Shown here piece by piece: positions 12,561 through 24,100 of a stretch of DNA of 64,000 nucleotides. The translations under genes were made by a program, and so were the position numbers. Every line of letters starts with the position of its first letter. Position 1 is the stretch's first letter. A model generated the notes under the pieces. The model made no database searches and was not told where the DNA came from. It worked only from the letters and a program-made list of their open reading frames with translations. This stretch comes from Podarcis bocagei (lineage: Eukaryota). The DNA is taken from assembly GCA_964188305.1 (NCBI GenBank), contig OZ076886.1. One strand, given 5' to 3'.

Positions 12561-14854
12561 TCATACGTGTCACACTTACATATAGTTCTCAAGTATACAC
12601 TTATTTTATGATTTGCCTAGAGTACGCCATTTATCCTGAGGTATTTGTTAGTGGGTCATTCGTGGTTGCATTCACAGAGCATTCTCCCTTTCCTTTTTGT
12701 TGGATTTCAAGTGAAGCAACATAACCATGGAAAACCAAACAGTGTAAGGTTACTAACAGATATATTGTCATTTAGAGGTAAATTATGGCAGCCTTCCTAA
12801 AAGAAGGCTATCCATGATCCCTTTTCATCTTTGATTTCCTGCAAATTGAATCACGTGGCCCATATTTTAAAGCACAGATGGTGGGGCATGGCTTGTGACC
12901 TTCCTAAAGTTGTTGATCTACAACTCTCTTCATCCTTAAATGTTGTCCATGCTGCCCGGGGTTGATAGGAGCCAGAGTTGAACAACATCAAGAGAGCCAC
13001 AGGCTCCCCATACCTTTTAAGACATTTTTGTGTTTACAGGGGCTTGGTTGCATTGCACAGATATAGAACTTGGCAGTCCTCAACAACTGAAAAACAGTTA
13101 CTGGTTAAAAGGTTCTAGATTCTTCTTGGCCTCAGCCAATGGCAATCTTTCACAAATGTCATAACATACCCAGGACCTCCCTCTTTCATAAAAAGAAAAC
13201 TTTAATAAGATGGTGCATCTAATTTAACTCCTGTTCCCAATTTGTAGTCTTACAAATATGTTACTGTAAAAAGAAAAAGAAATTCTACATGAGAAGTACT
13301 TATGTGAGTAAAAAAATATATATCAAGGTTTTTGTTGTTAATTTCTGCAAGGGCAAAAAGAGCATTTTATGGTGAAGTATGGAGGTAGGACTTTCAAAGC
13401 AGGACTGACCACATTGTCTGAAGCACATTTTGACAGCTTAGGACAGGAGGTCTTGTTTTATGATTAGGACAGGAGTGTTTCATTTCTGTGGCTGGAGAGC
13501 ATGAGCATGCATCAAACTCCACACCCATTCACTAAGAATAGTTAAAAACAGAAGAGGCCCTGACTCGACAAGGCTGTAACCCATCTGTACATACTATTAA
13601 CTACTTGCCCTGCCCACGGGGAGAAATGAACGACTATGGTTTCATCCTTTGCCACTTTCTCAGGCTATAGGATTCCCTGCTCCCATCCTTTTCATACATT
13701 TGAAACATCTGCTTCTGCTGGGATCACATGAGAGACATAGGTCTGAGATATTTACAAATAGGACCTCTGTCTATATCAGCTGTTCCGTGTTATTCTGGCA
13801 TGTGCCGCTCCTGTCAAACCACACCCCTTCCCTTTAAACTGTTTCTGTCGTTCTTGTTGGCTGCAATTAATTCATCCATTTTGCTTGGCTTCTTTCCTAA
13901 CAAACCATTCCGCCTTCCCCTTTAATTACAAGGCCTTCCCAGCACTTCATTTCACCTCAGCTCCAGCTCTGCTTGTCCCTGTGCTGGAGCAGCAGCTGCC
14001 TTTTCTGCTACTACCCTGGCCCTTAAAGGGATATTCACAGTAATTTTATGGTTCAACTCAGCTGCTGTGCACTGTCAGGGTAGCATCCATTGCTTTTTGA
14101 AAGGGGAACAGCAAGTGGAATAGTGGCTTTAGTGCGTTGCAGAGATGATTCCTGACAGTGCATATTGAGTTGAGGGAAAGGCATTTTCCCTGCTTCTATT
14201 AGTAGAAGCCTTTCCCCACCCCCATCTCTGCAGCTACAGAAGCCTTGCAGTTTAGGTGGTGGAGCTTGGCATGACATTGCAGTAATAGAGGTGTGTGTGG
14301 GAGAGAGAAGCTTCGTGATGTGAGGGAGATTGAAGCAGTGAAGCAGAAGCTATGGATGAAATGCGTATTTCATTAACATTTAGTTTATTTATTTTTACAC
14401 CTGGTTTGGGTACATAAATTTGATTTTGACAATGATTACTTCCTGGGGAGAAAAGGGCAGGGTGATTGATTTTGACCTGGTCAATTATCTAAGTATGTTA
14501 GCTTGGCAGAAATAAAGATTCTGAAAAAGAAGCAGCTCTGCATTCTGTTTTTTTCTCTCTAAATGACTTTTTGACTTTACATTTTGGTCACTAGCACTTT
14601 TCTTCCTGGCAGTGAAGCATTTCTAAGCTCTGTCCCTGTGCAAGGGCATTTGGAAAGGTGCTGTTCTTCATGTTTTCTGTCCAAGCATACAGATGGGGGG
14701 TACGGTGTATGTTTTAAGCAATATTGAGACGCTTCTAGAGTTAAGGCTACAACTTTTATGGCTGTGGAGCCCACCCCTCAGAAGGAATGCACATGCCTAG
14801 AGAGGAGGAGCCCACACCCTACTACTTAGCTCTCTTTCAACCACTACTACAGTA

Positions 14855-15216
14855 AGGTAAAGGTACCCCTGCCTGTACGGGCCAGTCGTGACCGACTCTG
14901 GGGTTGCGCACCCATCTCGCTTCAGAGGCCGGGGGCCAGCGCTGTCCGGAGACACTTCCGGGTCACGTGGCCAGCGTGACGAAGCTGCTCTGGCGAGCCG
15001 GCACCAGCGCAGCACACGGAAACGCCGTTTACCTTCCCGCTATAAAGCGGTACCTATTTATCTACTTGCACTTAAGAGTGCTTTCGAACTGCTAGGTGGG
15101 CAGGAGCTGGGACCGAACGACGGGAGCTCACCACGCCGCGGGGATTCGAACCGCCGACCATACGATCGGCAAGTCCTAGGCGCTGAGGTTTTACCCACAG
15201 CGCCACCCGCGTCCCT
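14855..15216 (-). mobile_element. Sauria SINE, full length and young
   Basis: CpG-rich, intact B-box GGTTCGAATCC, (ACCTTT) tail; 12-bp TSD actactacagta at 14843-14854 and 15217-15228. Confidence 0.93.
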
Positions 15217-15454
15217 ACTACTACAGTAGCAGGGGGAAATTTCTCTGTGGAATGTGCTAGGTGGTTTTTGTCCTCTTCTCTGTAGCTTTCTTCTTAAAAG
15301 TCTTTCAATTATTTTCCCTTTTGTCCCGTCCCCCCATATAGCTTTTATCTGTCATTGTTAATGTTCACTGTATGCTTATGGCACAGCAGCCTTCATATAA
15401 GCAGTGTGAGGGGTTTGACAGTTCATTGACCATGACAGGTAGCCATTCCTGGTA

Positions 15455-15694
15455 CAGTGGTACCTCGGTTTAAGAACAGTCCTGTTTACAAATGATTCGG
15501 TTTACGAACTCCATAAACTGGAAGTAGTGTCCTGGCTTGTGAACTTTACCTCGGTCTAAGAATGGAATCCAAACAGTGGAAGGGCACCGGCGACGGGAGG
15601 CCTCATTAGGAAAAGCACACTTCTGTTTAAGAACAGTTTTGGTTTAAGAATGGACTTCCAGAACGGATTAAGTTCGTAAACCGAGGTACCACTG
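15455..15694. mobile_element. Tc1/mariner (Tigger-like) MITE
   Basis: TA|CAGTGGTACCTCGGTTTA ... TAAACCGAGGTACCACTG|TA. Confidence 0.9.
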
Positions 15695-17091
15695 TATTGG
15701 TTCTGTCTTGAGGAGGCACACAGTATGGGCACCTGTTTTTAGTGCCATAATTTATGAAGTAAGTACTAGGTTCAGTAAAACTTTTGAAACAAATAGCAAA
15801 TACAGGAGGGGGAGGAAAGATACCCATGACTTTCCTTTTAATGTGTTTGTTCTCAGACTGTGAACTGTTTGAGAGGGTTGGTGTCATCTCTCCTGTTAAG
15901 TAAATGGACCTGTGCCATCATTATTTTTGAGGGGTATCCTAATATTAGGTTATTCCATAGGAGTTGCCCAAGTGCAAGTGTCATCTCTTTCTACTGTTCA
16001 TACTCTTATATATATAGGATGCCACACCATATTAAAGGTTTGTTGAAGTTTGTTCTGAGCTTTGAGTGGAAGAAGTATTATTTAATAGTGAGGCTTCATG
16101 GCAAAGCTTCTGGATTCAAGATGTAATATAAACTGTGGCTGCCGTAATTATTTTAGTAAGGAAGTTTCCTTGGTGACTTATTGTGATGTACGTGCTTACT
16201 TATGCAGAAGATGTATATTGTCAGACTGGTCTTAATCTGTAGCTTGAACTCCATCCTCATTCATCCATCCATGTGTTGCCTTCCTTGGCAGCTGTCCAGA
16301 CCTGCCTTGAGCATTTTCTCTTTAGTCTTCTATTTCAAAGGGGTGGGGAGGGAAAGGTCCTGCTTGAAGCTGGTAGGAATGCCATGTTTGGGAGCCACAG
16401 ATGTCCCACTGGACACACAGGGAATGGACTAGGCCCCATGCCAAGAGATTATGCCCTCTGCTTTATTTTCATCCAGTTTCTTTGAACAGTGCATCTATTT
16501 AGTGCATTAATTTCTGTAACAGGAAATGGTGGCTTTTTCCCAGAGCTGCAGAGAGGCGAAAGTTCATCTGCATCCCTGTGGAATGAGAAAATGACTAGCT
16601 AGGCGGGGGCGGTGATGCTTTGGTAAAGCTTGCATCATCTGATGAGGAATTTTCACATACTACTTTGCAGTGCATGAGGCCTAGAAAGCCATGGAAGGAG
16701 CACGGACTTTGCAGTCAGCCTGCTCAGTAAAATGTTTTTAAAACAGGAACGGCTCTGCATTAATACACTGAATCCCTCTTTCTCAGTAGTAATGGAGCCT
16801 TTTAATCACTTTTCCAGAACTGTTTGGTCCTTAGGTTTCCTCTTCAAGGAAAGCATTTTAGGGGCCTATTTGTGTGGCAAGTGGACTTTATAACTACATA
16901 TTAAGAACCATCCTGTGGACATATTGCTATTTGATAGCTGAGTGAGAGTAACCCTGAAGCTTGCAAAAGAAATGTGTTTAAATAGATTCTGCTATTAGAA
17001 TGGAGTGCCTGAGTGGATTTCAGAACCCCTGGCTGAACTTTCCCCATTCAAGATAAGTTGAAATAATTGCTGCTGGTCACCTCATGACATA

Positions 17092-17254
17092 CCGTATTTT
17101 TCTATGTATAAGACTAGGTTTCCCCCCTAAAAAATAATGTCAAAAATTAGGGGGTGTCTTATACTCTGGGCCATCTCCCCCCATTTTCTTAAATCTGAGT
17201 CCCCCAAAATAGGGGGCTTATACATGGGGGTGTCTTATAGACGGAAAAATACGG
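17092..17254. mobile_element. Tc1/mariner-pogo (CCGTATTTTTC-type) MITE
   Basis: TA|CCGTATTTTTC ... GAAAAATACGG|TA. Confidence 0.88.
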
Positions 17255-17629
17255 TATATTTTTCTTATAAGGATTTCAATGTGAGGACTTACATTGTGTG
17301 TTTGGGGACATTTCCCTTTCTCCTAAGAGGCAGAGATCAATCAGTCAATGGTGAACTTAGTTGCACAGTTTCTGATGAAAGCCTGGGTTTTATCAAAAGG
17401 GACACAATGGCTTTAAATATATGGACATTAAACTATCTGTCCTATTGGTATAGCATCTGCCCTGCTTGCTAATTTTGAGAGCTAGTGTAGCATAGTAGCT
17501 GCAAGACTGAGGTGTTAGCCAGGAAATCACTAGTGCACCACCTGTCTGGCCATAGGTAAGCCATTCTCTCTCAGCCTGCCCCCCCCCATTTGCAATATGG
17601 GGATTATAGTATTGTTTTACCTTACAATA

Positions 17630-17877
17630 CAGTGGTACCTTGGTTTGCAAACAGTCTGGTTTGCATACGTTTTAGATTACAAACACATCAAGCCTGGAAG
17701 TGCATGTCCCAGTTTGCAAACTTTTTTTGGATTACAACCCCCCCTTTTTTTTTTTGGGATTACGAACAAAAAAAATTTGGAGGCCCCATTGGCGAACGCG
17801 GGCCTTGGGTTACAACCTGTTTTGGTTTACAAATGGACCTCTGGAATGGATTATGGTTGTAAACCAAAGTACCACTG
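17630..17877. mobile_element. Tc1/mariner (Tigger-like) MITE
   Basis: TA|CAGTGGTAC..TGGTTT ... AAACCA..GTACCACTG|TA. Confidence 0.88.
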
Positions 17878-18062
17878 TATCTTGTTCTAAGGATTATTGG
17901 GATAAGATGTGATAAAACACTAAATGTCTTGGTATCTTTTGTTCAGTCACTGGCTAACATGTTATGTTGGAGGATTTTTTCACTGCTGCCTGTGAAAAGC
18001 AGCATCTATGTAATGACTTTAACTTTCTGTTGCATCTTTTGCATTTTCTTTTCTCCTTAGAA

Positions 18063-18198
18063 ATGGAGGCGAACAACCATTTTAATTTCACTGGCCTTCC
18101 CTCTTCACCTGCTGCCTCAGGACAGAAACCTGCGCCTTCCTCAGGGGACAATGTCTACACAAATGGATCTCCCATGAACTTCCCTCAGCAAGGGAAAA
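18063..18198 (+). CDS. BAZ2A: BAZ2A exon 2 (start codon; MEANNHFNFTG...PQQGK)
   Basis: Acceptor ttctccttag at 18060, ATG at 18063, donor A|GTAAGT, phase 1. Confidence 0.95.
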
Positions 18199-21100
18199 GT
18201 AAGTGTGGGGCAATGGACCTGGGTCTTTTGACCTTAGTGACAGGCATCAGCATTGATCATACATGGTCTTATAGCAAACACTGCTAGCCCTTGCCTTTAT
18301 AGATTGAGGTTCCACTTCTTTTCTGAGTATCTCTTTGCAGAATGGTAAGGAGAACTGTGTGGATGATGGTTGTGCCTCAGGAGGAGTGTAAGGAACTTGA
18401 ATACCACAGCAACAGGCAAAGTTGTGTGTATTCTCACAGGCCACTGTGAAAACACAACTGGATATGATGTGAAAATCCAATATTTTCTTTCTTCCTGTTA
18501 AAGGTGGGAGAAAGAATTAAGGCTAGTCATGGAATAAAAACTCAGATGAGTGCTGTTTGCCTGCTGGGAATGGAACTTAGGGGAGGAATTCAACTTTGCA
18601 CTCTTCTGAACATTGTCAGTTCATGCATTTCTTCTTGCTAGGTGGAATATTCTCCTCTCCCCCCACCGTGTTCTGTTCTGGGGATTCTCCTGACCCTCTT
18701 GAGTATGGGTAGGCAAACTAAGGCCCAGGGGCCGGATCTGGCCCAATCGCCTTCTGGGAATCAGCATGTTTTTACATGAGTAGAATGTGTCCTTTTATTT
18801 AAAATGCATCTCTGAGTTACTTGTGGGGCATAGGAATTTGTTCATCCCCCCCCCAAAAAAATATAGTCCAGCCCCCCACAAGGTCTGATGGACAGTGGAC
18901 CGGCCCCCTGCTGAAAAAGGTTGCTGACCCCTGCTCTTGAGCATATGGGAGGAAGCGGGGGGAAGCCCTGTTGCGCTTGTGGAAGCCCTTGCGCTGGTTT
19001 CTGCTAGCATGCTGAGATGCATGTATCTGGGCTCAAGAGTTGTTGCTGATTCAAATATGTTATAATTCAGTTAAAGCAAGCTTGGAAGGGCTTGTGAAGA
19101 TTTAGGGTAATCCGTGTAAGGCATTTCCCAGTGGGCAGTTTTTATCTGACCTTGCATAATTTCTTCAGTAGTGGTGTTGCTTCCCAAAGGTTTATTAATT
19201 TTAATTAATTAATTTGGCAGAATATTAAAGTGAGGCTGTTGCTTGTAAACTAACAAAGAGTGCACAGAGGAGCTGGGAATTGGAGAACATATTTTAAAAA
19301 CAGCAACAACCTAAGGCAAAGCTCAAAAGCTGCTGAAGTAAAAGTGTGTATTCCTGAAAACATTCCCAATTTACGGATGTTGGAATATGACCACTCTTTA
19401 AGAAGGCACTTTAAGAAATAAAGAAGGTAACTGTAAATTGAAGAGTTTTCAGGAAAAAACACCTTTTTAGGTTCACTTCCTTGTTTGGAGGAGAGGGTTG
19501 GAAATGTTGTCCTTTCCTCTCCCCCTTTATAGATGTTGAATATATTTCTAGCTACATTGGAAGGAGAGAGTCTGCTTGGGTTATGACACCACTTAACTCA
19601 AAAGAGGAGCCTTACCTGGCTGCCTTTTTCTCCTTAAGATGCCTACTGAATACTAAAATGAAAAAATTCCTTCCAGTAGCACCTTAAAGACCAACTAAGT
19701 TAGTTCTTGGTATGAGCTTTCGTGTGCATGCACACTTCTTCAGATACACTCTGAAGAATGCACACGAATGCATGCACACGAAAGCTCATACCAAGAACTA
19801 ACTTAGTTGGTCTTTAAGGTGCTACTGGAAGGAATTTTTTCATTTTGACTATGGCAGACCAACACGGCTACCTATCTGCTACTGAATACTAGTATGGGAG
19901 GATGAAACACTTTTCAGTTTCCTTCTAGAGCATGGAAATGCTGCTTTGTCTTTGATTGATAGTAGTTCTAATCTTTACATCAATGACCAAGACATCATCC
20001 TCCATATCCCCTCTTTTCCACCTAGGCTCAAAAAATAAAACAGGGTTACCCCATTTTCTTTATCGAGAAATGTTCTCCCCACTGGCTTGCAAGGAGCTGG
20101 TAGCCTTTCTAGAATTCTGTCTATCTGGTCATATAGGGTAAAGGTCTTCAAAACAGACCAACACTCCACTTCTGTTGCTGCTTCTGTTGTTCAGTGGGCC
20201 TCTGCCATTTTGGCTGTTAGGACCCTGTCTAGTTTGCAGTCCCTAGCTGCTACCACCTATTTTACCTTTTCCACTCAGATTCCGATAAAATTTCCTCCAA
20301 AAACCTTTAGAATAAGTACAGATACAGCCACCCCAGAAATAGTAGCGCTATAAAGGTCAGCCCAGCCATTGCAGTCCTCATTGATTAAGGATGGAAACGG
20401 ATCAAAATTAGCATCATCTTTTTCCAGAAGACAAGAAAGAAAATACATCCCGATTACAGCTCTTCCCATACTGAAGACATACTAGGTGGAAAAGACTACA
20501 TACATTGGGAGGTGAGGGGAGAAAGGGGGGCATGTCAACATTTGTTAAAGGCTAATGCATCTTTTATCATTTGTAGTTACAAAGAAAAACTTAGAAACAT
20601 GACTTGAGAATGTGGCAAAAACATAGAAATCAGTAGGCAAGGGGAGGAAATAATTTGGGGGGGAAATTTGGCAAAAAGGGGAATGGGTTCAAATACTGCA
20701 TATGAGAGAAGTAGATGCACTGAGATATGCGTGTGTCTTTTTGCCTTGCCCACCCTTCAAGGAGCTCAGGGCAAAGTTCATGAAGTTATTTCATTCAGTC
20801 CCTTCAACCATCTTGAGGTATGCTAGAGTGTTGGCTTGGGCTGATCTTAAACCCAGACCGAGTGATGAATTAATCTCAGAGCCCCCTCTGTAAAATGAGA
20901 ATAGTGACCTACCTCATAGGCCTGTTAAGACAGAGACTGTAAAATTCTTTTTTCAAAGTACATGTTAATACACATTTCTTATCCAGTTTACTCAACTTCA
21001 TTGTGTCTTGTTTTATCTCCCCACCCCACCCCCACCCCTATTTTGTAAAAAGAGACAGGCCCAAAGGTGGATAGAACTTTCTCCTCAGTCAGTGTTCCTT

Positions 21101-24100
21101 GCACTTGTTGTGAATTTTTAATAGCTGCTTTCCTTCCTTTTGTTTACAGGTTTGAATGGAGATATGAATGTTAATGGCTTATCTACTGTATCTCATGCTA
21201 GTACTTCAGGGACCCGCTCCTCAACCAACTCACACCTCCAACACCCTTATGACTATCTCTGGAACTATTCTCAGTACCCATCTGGCAATGGCAACAACCT
21301 CAAGGACAGCCCACTGTTCTCCCAGTATCCACTGAACGGTATTGCTGGAGGCAATCGGCAAGGCTCCCCTGGGCACACCACCAATCTGAGGGGAAGTGGC
21401 AGTGGGCAAGAGTTCTGGGCAAACGGCACTCCAGGGACCATGGGACTTAACTTTGATTCAACAGAGCTCTATGACTCTTTCCCTGATGATCAGAATTTTG
21501 AAATCCTGCAAAATGGCCCATCCAGCTTCTACACATCATCTCAGCCTTCCCCTATGCTTGGCTCTGGCAGCCAGGACTTCTCACCACAGCAGGATGAACC
21601 AGGCAATGAGGAGCCAGTGAAGGAAACCTCCTCGGCAGTCTCAGAAAATGGCACCAGATTGATTGGCAGCATGGAGCTGGAGAACACACAGCCAGGTATG
21701 ACTGCCAATGGTACCCAAACTTTTTATTCAGGAAGCTTACCTTTGCAATATGATACCCCTGCCTGTCTGCCCCAGAACACACTCATGTCTGGATTAATCA
21801 TTAGGCTATGGTAAAAGGCAGGGCCTTTGCTAGACTGAGAGTCTTATTACAATGTAATTATCTAAGAGCATCTTAGGATGGAGATTTGCTGATCCTGCTC
21901 ATTGTGTCAAGTGCCGTTAAAATTCTTCACAGTTCAGAATTTTATGGTTGTTCTCCTGTTGCATGTTCTAGCTAAGGGAGCAGTGATGGAGAGAATGAAT
22001 CATTACGCCTGCTTCACTTGGATTTTTAAAAGTATATTTACAATATTTATAACCTGTCCTTGCCCGAGGGTGGAAATATATACATCATTAAAATACTAGA
22101 TAACTACTCGAAAATCAAATGCACCTAGAATATTTAAAACTAATACTTAGAATATTCAACATCCCTGTTTCATTAAAGCTATCAAATAAATTTCAAATTG
22201 GTGACTCGCAATATTAATCCTCCCCAACCCTCCCAAAGCCTAGGCGGACAGGTCTGTCTTCACCTGCTGGCAAAAAGCAAATAATGGTGCATGACGTAAC
22301 TCATAAGGGAGGACATTCCAGACATGTGGTCCCACCAAAGAGAAGACACTGTTGCATCACTGCCCCTGAACTTGGCCTAGCAGGGAAATCACACGTAGAG
22401 CCTCCCCTGCTGATCTTGGTCCATGGGCAGGCTAATATGAGGTGAAGCTTCTCCTGGACTATTTGTATCCATGGAGTCTACTTCAGTGTGATTCCAGACA
22501 ACCTTCTACTTATAGTTCCTATCAGACTTGGCTTTAGGAGGCCTTTTGCTGTCTTGCTGCCTTCCTGCTCTGGCCAGATTTCAAAGGCCTGTTTGCCACC
22601 TGAAAAAAAAATCTGCTGGACAGCTACTTGAAAATGCAGAGGTGGCAGAGAAGCAATCTTTCTTTGCCACTACCACCACCTAAGTTTATACCTGGGAGTT
22701 TCAGTCATATAGGCCCTGTGCTGATCATGAATTGCCCTTTAAGTCACCAGAAGGCACCTGCAGTTAAGGGGGACGAGACTGACAAGTCCATGCTGCTGGT
22801 GTTCATTGATTTTTGGAAAATCCTGTGGAAGCAAAATGAGGGTGTGAACTCAGGCAAATACAAGTCACATATCAGCCTTGAAAGAGGAATTAGGCTGAGG
22901 TGTGTTTGAGCAGCAGAATAACTTACTTTGTTTCAGTGTCAAAAGACCATGACTACAGATAAGCTGTACGTGTGGACCTTAACTCAAAAAGCTTTGCAAT
23001 CCCAGAAGTACCTCATGGAATTGGAGCTTGCTGTGTCATGTCAAAGGCTATTCTTAGAGTGGGTGCTTTTGTCAAGCAACAAGGCATTATCTGATGCAGC
23101 TTTGAAGGTACACTGGAGTGATAAGTTATTGATTTGCTTTGGCGACATCATCAGACACTTTGTTCCACAAAAGGCAAAAGTTCCTGACTTTACGTTGCCA
23201 TCTATGCTGATTAGTTGTTTTGTGATGTTCTGTTCATTTCCATAACTTCTCTGGTTCCAATTGATGGCTGACTTTTTAATGATGTGGAAAGTATAATATT
23301 AGCTTTTAAAAACAAAAATCTCTTGCAGAGTTGAAAATATGTGGCTACAGTGGTCCTTCTCCCGTTGGTGAGCCTCTTAGCCAGGAAGCTTCTGTCTTGG
23401 AACCTGATGCTGGAGGTGGTTGTCTGGAAGATGCTTCTCGGATTCCTCCCCCACTGGAGGACCCCTTGGAACCATTCGAATCACTGGACAGAGGTAAAGG
23501 GGTGGGGTTTTGCTTTTGCATCATTTCCATGTAGTCATCAGTTATGGCGACAGCTATATGGAGTTTGCTGGATAAGGGGCTTCTCTAGATAGTTTGTCCG
23601 GAGGCCTGTATAAATGCAGTCAGTAGCAACTTCTCTGCTGATCACAAAGTGTTCTGTGCGCTGTCTGCAACTAGCTCCCATGTGTGAGCATGTGCTGCTG
23701 CTGTTACAGATGTGCAGGCTCTGCAGTAACATTGTCCTTGTGCCTTTTGATACTTGCCCTCTAAGCCTAGGCAGCTATGGGCAAAAGTTCTAAGCCTGTT
23801 TGCCCTTTCTCCATCTTACTGATGATTGTGGCTAGCTGCTAAAGCAAAAACATTCAGATAGGATTAAATAGGAGACTCGTCAGTGTAGGGACCCCGGTCT
23901 AGCATTAATGGTACTAAAGGCACATGCTCACTTTTGAATTTCCTCTTGAGCTATATTTCTACATAATGCCAAATGGACACTTTGAGAGTCCCAAAATAGT
24001 GATTTGGGATCAGTTTGTGCTGTGTAAAACAATAGACAGGTGGCAAATAGGCTGCCCTGAAGAGAACAGCTGGCTCGTAAGTTTGGCACAGGAAGAGTCA

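Noticed and set aside
16638-16690. CTGATGAG...GAAAG as a possible further hammerhead
   Set aside because: There are no pairing stems or cleavage triplet in register.
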